Position numbers and translations under genes: made by a program
Source: Bacteroidaceae bacterium
GTDB taxonomy: Bacteria; Bacteroidota; Bacteroidia; Bacteroidales; Bacteroidaceae
Direction: 5' to 3'
Length of the DNA stretch: 64,000 nucleotides
NCBI GenBank assembly: GCA_021443335.1
Contig: JABUUE010000001.1
Coordinates: 31,785 to 95,784, forward strand
The notes under the pieces: generated by a model
Seen by the model: only the letters and a program-made list of their open reading frames with translations
What the model was told of the DNA's origin: nothing
The model's database searches: none
Part shown: positions 58,522 to 64,000 of the stretch, one piece after another
Position numbering within the stretch: position 1 is the first letter of the stretch
Layout of the letters: every line of letters starts with the position of its first letter

Positions 58522-60138
58522 TTAATACTTAATACTTACAGATATCCTGTTCTTCGGATTAAGACGGTTTTCGATATATGTCAGTATATAAGCCAACAGA
58601 TGCGCTGTGAGGAAATAAATTATTGCAGTGGCAACGAGTGGGAAAAACGCCTCGTATGTGCGGCTGCGAATGATGTCACTCATCTTCGTGAGGTCTTGGA
58701 TTGCGATGTATCCTACGATGGATGTCATCTTGAACATTGACACAAACTCTCCGCGATAGACTGGCATAATTCGGAATATAACTTGCGGCAGTATCACCTT
58801 CCTGAATGCTGCCAAACGCGAGAAACCCAATGCCATGGCTGCTTCGTTCTGCCCTTTTGGAATACTGTTTATACCACTGCGGAAAGTCTCGCCAGCGTAA
58901 GCCGCAAGATTCATAGAAAAGCCTATCACCGCAACAAAAACAGGGTTAATATCCACTTTGGCGAAGACTATGTAGAAGAGAATCATGAGGATAACCAACA
59001 TCGGCATGCCTTGGATAAGCGCGATGTAAACTTTTGCGGGAACATTGAGAAGGCGGCTTTTGGAACAGCGCATGGCGCAGACTCCGAAAGCAAGGATTGT
59101 GCCGAGCAGTAGTGACAGCAGCGTTATGGTTATTGTAACCTCCAATCCTTCAACAATAAGCTTCCAGCGGCTTTCCTTGATGAAGGTGCGCTCAAAACTC
59201 TCTTTGAAATCCTTATATGTCTGAACAAGTGTTTCTTCTGCATTGCCTGACACTACATCTGTCTGCTTGTCGTTCCTGTCGTCGAGGACGGTGTTGCTCT
59301 GCTTCTTTCCGTATTCCGTCTTCATTACTGCAACTCGCAGCACTCTCTTGTAGTTTGGCTCAGAGAAAAGCATTTTTTGCTTGCGTTCTTCCGTGATTCC
59401 CGTGCAACAAGCGCCGAAACTTACCTTGCCCGAAGACACTGCGCTCAGATAGCCGTTGACATTCAGGATAACGGGCTCCAGGCGGTAACCGAGTTTCCCG
59501 GCTATAAGCTGCGCCATCTCTATGTCGTAACCCATCAACTGTCCGTCGTTTATAAATGTCATGGGTTCAATCTCGCCTGTGGTAGCGTATTTCAGCACAC
59601 CCTTTGGCGCGTGACTCTTATCTGGTGTTGGCGGCATGGAATATTGCGATTTGTCACCGGAGAACCATTTCTCCTCCAGCATTTTTACCGTTCCGTCTGC
59701 TGCCATCTGTCTTATCTCCTTGCTGAACGCCTCACAAAGTTCTTTGTTTTGTTTTGGAAAGATAAAGCCGCAGTCGTCGTGTGCAAGTTCTTCTGGCAGT
59801 ATCTGTATGAACGACTCTTTCTCCGCCGTGACCATCATCTGCGACTCTGGCTCCACGAAAGCGTCTATTTTGTTTTTTTTCAGAGCAAGAGGAAGGTCGG
59901 CGTAAGCGTTTAGAAAAACCATGTCAGCGTCGGGAAAGCGTTCTCTAACCCTCTTTTCCGATGTCGTTCCGACAATTACGCCGATGCGTTTATCCGCAAG
60001 TTGTTCGAGGGAAGTGATGGCATTAGCATCCTCCGAAAGCGCGTTTCCATTGGTTTTCGTTTTCCCGCAACTCGTCAGAAGCAGAATGCTAATGAACAGA
60101 AATAATGTATGGTAGTATGTTTTCTTTCCCGACTGCAT
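58522..60138 (-). CDS. Amino acid ABC substrate-binding + permease fusion (GlnP-like)
   Basis: LTSC lipobox, SBP family 3 motifs (GYDIE, ITEERK), permease QNEAAMALG and ILPQ. Confidence 0.9.
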   Translation of the reverse strand: MQSGKKTYYHTLFLFISILLLTSCGKTKTNGNALSEDANAITSLEQLADKRIGVIVGTTSEKRVRERFPDADMVFLNAYADLPLALKKNKIDAFVEPESQMMVTAEKESFIQILPEELAHDDCGFIFPKQNKELCEAFSKEIRQMAADGTVKMLEEKWFSGDKSQYSMPPTPDKSHAPKGVLKYATTGEIEPMTFINDGQLMGYDIEMAQLIAGKLGYRLEPVILNVNGYLSAVSSGKVSFGACCTGITEERKQKMLFSEPNYKRVLRVAVMKTEYGKKQSNTVLDDRNDKQTDVVSGNAEETLVQTYKDFKESFERTFIKESRWKLIVEGLEVTITITLLSLLLGTILAFGVCAMRCSKSRLLNVPAKVYIALIQGMPMLVILMILFYIVFAKVDINPVFVAVIGFSMNLAAYAGETFRSGINSIPKGQNEAAMALGFSRLAAFRKVILPQVIFRIMPVYRGEFVSMFKMTSIVGYIAIQDLTKMSDIIRSRTYEAFFPLVATAIIYFLTAHLLAYILTYIENRLNPKNRISVSIKY

Positions 60139-60209
60139 AAATTGTCTGAATTGGGTAAACGATGGTTAAACATCAGGTTCTTACAAAAATTGCTGAGAGT
60201 AAGTGATTG

Positions 60210-61142
60210 TCAGCCTCCAATGTAATTAAAAACACTTTGACAAACTTCCGCAGAGAACTCTTGTCCTTTGGCTATCAGTTTGTCCCAAACGCGCTTGTCA
60301 GCATTATTAAGCTGCGCCTTTGTAAGGTTGTTTTCCACAATGCCGCAGATGATTCCGGCGTTAAAGTTGTCGCCAGCGCCGATGGTGCTAACCGTCTCTA
60401 TATGTTTTGCGCTATATCTCGCAGCCACTGTTGGAGTGATGAGTGTCAGTGGATTAGCTCCATCAGTGCAAATAAAGAGTTTACAGTGATTCTTCAGATG
60501 CTTGTCGTAAACCTCTTGCGGGTTTGATGTTCCAAAAAGTATGTTGAAATCCTCCGTAGAGCCGCGCACAATGTCGCTTAAACGGCAATTCTCGATGACA
60601 TTTGTCATCACTGCCGGCAACTCATGAGCGTGTGAACTGCGGAAGTTTACATCGTAATAAATTATTGCTCCTGCCTCGTAGGCTTTCCTGTATATGTTTG
60701 CGGTGTAATCGCGGATTACGGGATTAATGGCAAAAAAGGAACTGGTGATAAGAATATCTTCAGCATGGAAATCCACTGTCTGCAGATTTTCCTCTTTCAG
60801 GCTTGCGTGGGCGTGGTCCTTGTAAAACTCATATTTCGCATCGTTGCGCTCGTCGAGGAAAGCCATTGAGATATGTGTCTGAGTGCCATTATTGCGGGTA
60901 ACGCATTGAGTGTTAACGTTATTCTCCTGCATAAATCTTACCACAATATCGCCGATATGGTCGTCGCCTGTCTCTGTAATCATCCTTATCGGTATTTCCG
61001 GAAAGCGCACACCGACAGAGCGACCTAACGAAATAAGGGAGTTGAAAGCACTGCCGCCAGGCACCGCTGCCACAGGCTTGTCGTTCTTGAAGATAACATC
61101 AAAAACCGTCTCGCCAACACCGAATATCTGCCTCTTTTCCAT
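60210..61142 (-). CDS. PfkB family carbohydrate kinase
   Basis: PGGSAFN, DVNFR, STIGAGDNFNAG. Confidence 0.9.
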   Translation of the reverse strand: MEKRQIFGVGETVFDVIFKNDKPVAAVPGGSAFNSLISLGRSVGVRFPEIPIRMITETGDDHIGDIVVRFMQENNVNTQCVTRNNGTQTHISMAFLDERNDAKYEFYKDHAHASLKEENLQTVDFHAEDILITSSFFAINPVIRDYTANIYRKAYEAGAIIYYDVNFRSSHAHELPAVMTNVIENCRLSDIVRGSTEDFNILFGTSNPQEVYDKHLKNHCKLFICTDGANPLTLITPTVAARYSAKHIETVSTIGAGDNFNAGIICGIVENNLTKAQLNNADKRVWDKLIAKGQEFSAEVCQSVFNYIGG

Positions 61143-61218
61143 CGCAATAAAAAAATAAGCAATGATTAAAAAACAAATCTTTTAATGCCAAAAGTTGTTT
61201 CTTAACCATTGCTAACTA

Positions 61219-61473
61219 TTACTGTTTTAGTCCTTCTTCCAATGCTAATGCCAATTGGTCGGGACAAGAAGTTCTTTTCATTCCGCACATTGTACCTTTC
61301 AGCCGCGCAATGACTTCCGTTGCCTTCATTCCTTTTACAAGCCGGCTTATACCGATTGTGTTTCCAGTGCATCCGCCAATAAAAGTTACATTCTCAACCG
61401 TGTCTTCATCATTAAGAGTTATGAGAATCTGGCGGCTGCATGTGCCTGATGTGTTATAAGTTATGGTTTTCAT
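61219..61473 (-). CDS. TIGR03905 TSCPD-domain protein
   Basis: GTCS, GGCTGN, TSCPDQLA. Confidence 0.9.
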   Translation of the reverse strand: MKTITYNTSGTCSRQILITLNDEDTVENVTFIGGCTGNTIGISRLVKGMKATEVIARLKGTMCGMKRTSCPDQLALALEEGLKQ

Positions 61474-61595
61474 TGTGTTTAATTTCTATGGTTTAAAGGT
61501 TTAAGATTATAGGTGTATTTGTGGCTGTTTCGGTAATCTCATCTCATAAACTTAAACCTCCGAATTTTAAATCGAGCTTGCGAAAGTTGATTTAA

Positions 61596-61789
61596 GGTGG
61601 GTTCTATAAATTAACTTGAGGCTTTTTTGAGAGTTTTTATTGAGCAGATTAACTTTCGTTTTGTAACGATAGATAGCATCTTTCGTTACAAAAGGGAAGG
61701 TAAGATACCAATAAAAAACTCAAAATGACCAAGCCATACATAACCCCATTAATTATTAAACTTGTGGGAACTAATTTATAGAACCCACC
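61596..61789. mobile_element. 194-bp MITE, copy 2
   Basis: Perfect 18-bp terminal inverted repeat GGTGGGTTCTATAAATTA; TTAA on both flanks; the right TTAA contains the dnaJ stop codon. Confidence 0.88.
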
Positions 61790-62983
61790 TTAAAAGTATC
61801 TGCGGAAACTTTCAAAGATGGAGCGCAAAACAGATTTGTCTGATTTGAAGTTATCAGATTCCTGCATTTTTTCCAAGGCTTTACGCTCATCCTTTGACAA
61901 AGTCTTAGGAACATAAACACTGATGTTTATGATTAGGTCGCCGTTGGTGTATCCGTAACCTCTAACAGGAGGGAGTCCTTTGCCGCGAAGTCGCTTCACT
62001 GTTCCCGGCTGTGTTCCAGGCTCTATTGTCATGCGCAGTTTCTTTCCGTCAAGCGATGGAATATCCACAGAACCACCAAGAGCAGCTGTCGGGAAGTCAA
62101 GTAGCAAGTTGTAGATAATGTCTTGACCATCACGAATATAAGTGTCGTTTTCTTCTTCTGTTATTATCACCTGAAGGTCACCGGGTATTCCGCCATGAGC
62201 GCCCATATTTCCCTTACCGCTAACAGGAAGAATCATTCCTTCTTGTACGCCTGCCGGTATCTGAACTTCTATGAGTTCTTCTGCGCTCTCCAAGCCAGTG
62301 CCTCCGCAATGCTTACACTTGTTCTTTATAATCTTGCCTTCACCGCCACATTGTGAGCATGTGGTTTGTGTCTGCATCTGTCCGAGGAAACTGTTTACAA
62401 CCTTGTATTGTACTCCGCGTCCGCCACATGTTGGACAAGTCTCTGGCTGTGAGCCTTTCTCTGCTCCACTGCCTGAACATTCGGAACATGTTACCTTACG
62501 GCGAATCTTGAACTTCTTTGTACAGCCTTCGTTGATTTCTTTCAGCGTAAGTTTTACTCTTATTCGCAGGTCTGAACCTTTATGCACGCGCTGACCACCG
62601 CCACCACCGCCACCGCCGCCAAAACCGCTAAATCCGCCAAAGCCACGACCGCCGCCAAAGACATCGCCAAACATGGAGAAGATGTCGTCCATAGAGAAAC
62701 CGCCGCCGCCGAAACCGCCAAATCCGCCGTCGCCGAAGCCGCCGGGACCGCTGAATCCGAATTGGTCATATTGCTGACGCTTCTGTTCGTCGCTGAGCAC
62801 GCTGTAAGCCTCGGCTGCCTCTTTGAATTTCTCCTCAGCCTCTTTCTGTTCTTCTTCTGATTTTCCTGTCTGTCTGTCAGGGTGATATTTTATCGCAACC
62901 TTGCGATAAGCCTTCTTTATTTCGTCTGCCGTGGCTGTCTTACTGACACCAAGCACTTCATAATAGTCTCGTTTCTGTGCCAT
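61790..62983 (-). CDS. dnaJ: Chaperone DnaJ
   Basis: HPD J-domain, G/F-rich region, four CxxCxGxG repeats. Confidence 0.98.
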   Translation of the reverse strand: MAQKRDYYEVLGVSKTATADEIKKAYRKVAIKYHPDRQTGKSEEEQKEAEEKFKEAAEAYSVLSDEQKRQQYDQFGFSGPGGFGDGGFGGFGGGGFSMDDIFSMFGDVFGGGRGFGGFSGFGGGGGGGGGQRVHKGSDLRIRVKLTLKEINEGCTKKFKIRRKVTCSECSGSGAEKGSQPETCPTCGGRGVQYKVVNSFLGQMQTQTTCSQCGGEGKIIKNKCKHCGGTGLESAEELIEVQIPAGVQEGMILPVSGKGNMGAHGGIPGDLQVIITEEENDTYIRDGQDIIYNLLLDFPTAALGGSVDIPSLDGKKLRMTIEPGTQPGTVKRLRGKGLPPVRGYGYTNGDLIINISVYVPKTLSKDERKALEKMQESDNFKSDKSVLRSIFESFRRYF

Positions 62984-63046
62984 ATAATTATGGTTATAGG
63001 GTTTTGGGGTCCGAGTGGTTATAGGGTTTATTAGCTTTTTGATATA

Positions 63047-63661
63047 TTACTGTCCTACCGCAACCTTTGCATGGCGTATTACCTTGTCGTTCAGCATATA
63101 GCCAGTCTGAATGCAGTCGATGACTTTGTTCTTCTTGTCTTCGCCCATTCCAGAAACCATGGCAATAGCTTCGTGGAAGTCGGTGTTAAAGTCTGCGTCA
63201 GTAGTGTCAATCTTCTTTACGCCCAATGAGGTAAGTGATTTTTCGAACTTCTGGAAAATCATCTTCATACCTTCTCGGATGGCTTCAATGTCTTCTGTTT
63301 TTGATGCGTTCTCGAGGGCGCGTTCCATATCGTCAACAACAGGCAGGAAGGCTTCCACTGTTCGCGCAGCACCATTAAGAATAAGCTCTGCCTTTTCTTT
63401 CATTGTTCGCTTGCGGTAGTTTTCAAATTCAGCAAGTTTCCGGAGATACTTGTCGTTTAGTTCTGCCACTTGTTCCTCAAGTGTTGGCTCTTTCTTTTCT
63501 TCTTTTTCTTCCTGCTGATTTTCCGCATTTACATCAGCGCTAACCTCATTATCCTTGTCTGCGATGTTGTCTGCAGCATTATCAACAGTTTCACTTGTTT
63601 CCATACCTTTTGCGGAAACATCCTCCTTCATTTCCTCTTTATTTATATTTTCAACTGCCAT
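63047..63661 (-). CDS. grpE: Nucleotide exchange factor GrpE (start uncertain; ORF extends to 63700)
   Basis: AEFENYRKR, FHEAI, GYMLNDKVIRHAKV. Confidence 0.95.
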   Translation of the reverse strand: MAVENINKEEMKEDVSAKGMETSETVDNAADNIADKDNEVSADVNAENQQEEKEEKKEPTLEEQVAELNDKYLRKLAEFENYRKRTMKEKAELILNGAARTVEAFLPVVDDMERALENASKTEDIEAIREGMKMIFQKFEKSLTSLGVKKIDTTDADFNTDFHEAIAMVSGMGEDKKNKVIDCIQTGYMLNDKVIRHAKVAVGQ

Positions 63662-63703
63662 AAATGTTTTGTTGTTTTTGTTCATTTGCTTATAATACAA
63701 TTA

Positions 63704-64000
63704 TTATGCCAACACAACAACACCTTCCTGATGCAGTCCGTCCATCATTATCTTCAACGGTTTGTCAAAACGGACATGACGTACAAAATCTGTTTCCTCA
63801 ACAGCTTCCATCTGGTCGAAGATTTCATTTCGGAAGACTCCTTCGCCTGTGTGATTGTTTATGGTGAAATATCCTACTCCAAAGGATGTGAGGTTCTGGA
63901 AGAAATGTGTGCCTTGGGAAGGATCCGGACGGAAATTCTTCAATCCAAGTTCTATTATCAGTCGCGCTCCGCTGATGTGCGGCCATTTCACTGGAATGCC
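63704..64000 (-). CDS. C-terminus of a PEP/pyruvate-binding (PEP synthase-like) protein, partial
   Basis: GIPVKWPHIS...DPSQGTHFFQNLTSFGVGY, conserved in Bacteroidetes. Confidence 0.8.
   Translation of the reverse strand, partial: GIPVKWPHISGARLIIELGLKNFRPDPSQGTHFFQNLTSFGVGYFTINNHTGEGVFRNEIFDQMEAVEETDFVRHVRFDKPLKIMMDGLHQEGVVVLA

Overview
Bacteroidales chromosomal window, most likely Prevotellaceae, judged from gene content and TAnnTTTG promoters. From left to right it holds: partial queA; a moxR-DUF58-bat operon with BatB-C and BatD-E fusions; HU genes, rimO, ftsY, rpmB/rpmG; an orphan DUF1537 acid-sugar kinase; a xylo-oligosaccharide cluster (SGNH esterase, GPH transporter, GH10, GH43); a convergent 22-kb pectin/RG-I-type PUL (three fasciclin lipoproteins, two SusC/SusD pairs, CE12, GH2); the T9SS core porP-K-L-M-N; kduI/kduD; pduO; a URO-D-family/mutarotase fusion with a FucP transporter; ridA; an amino-acid ABC transporter; pfkB; dnaJ/grpE. 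No rRNA, tRNA, CRISPR array or transposase was seen. The most unusual signals are: (1) the URO-D/mutarotase + FucP module, a candidate pathway for O-methylated or otherwise modified deoxy sugars; (2) pairs of adjacent unrelated genes that share repeat-derived start-codon/signal-peptide cassettes; (3) several non-autonomous repeat elements (a 194-bp MITE with 4-bp target duplications, a 333-bp inverted-repeat element, a 244-bp palindrome, a dispersed 22-bp repeat family); (4) an internally shortened PorM/GldM. All calls come from reading motifs by eye; no database search was run.
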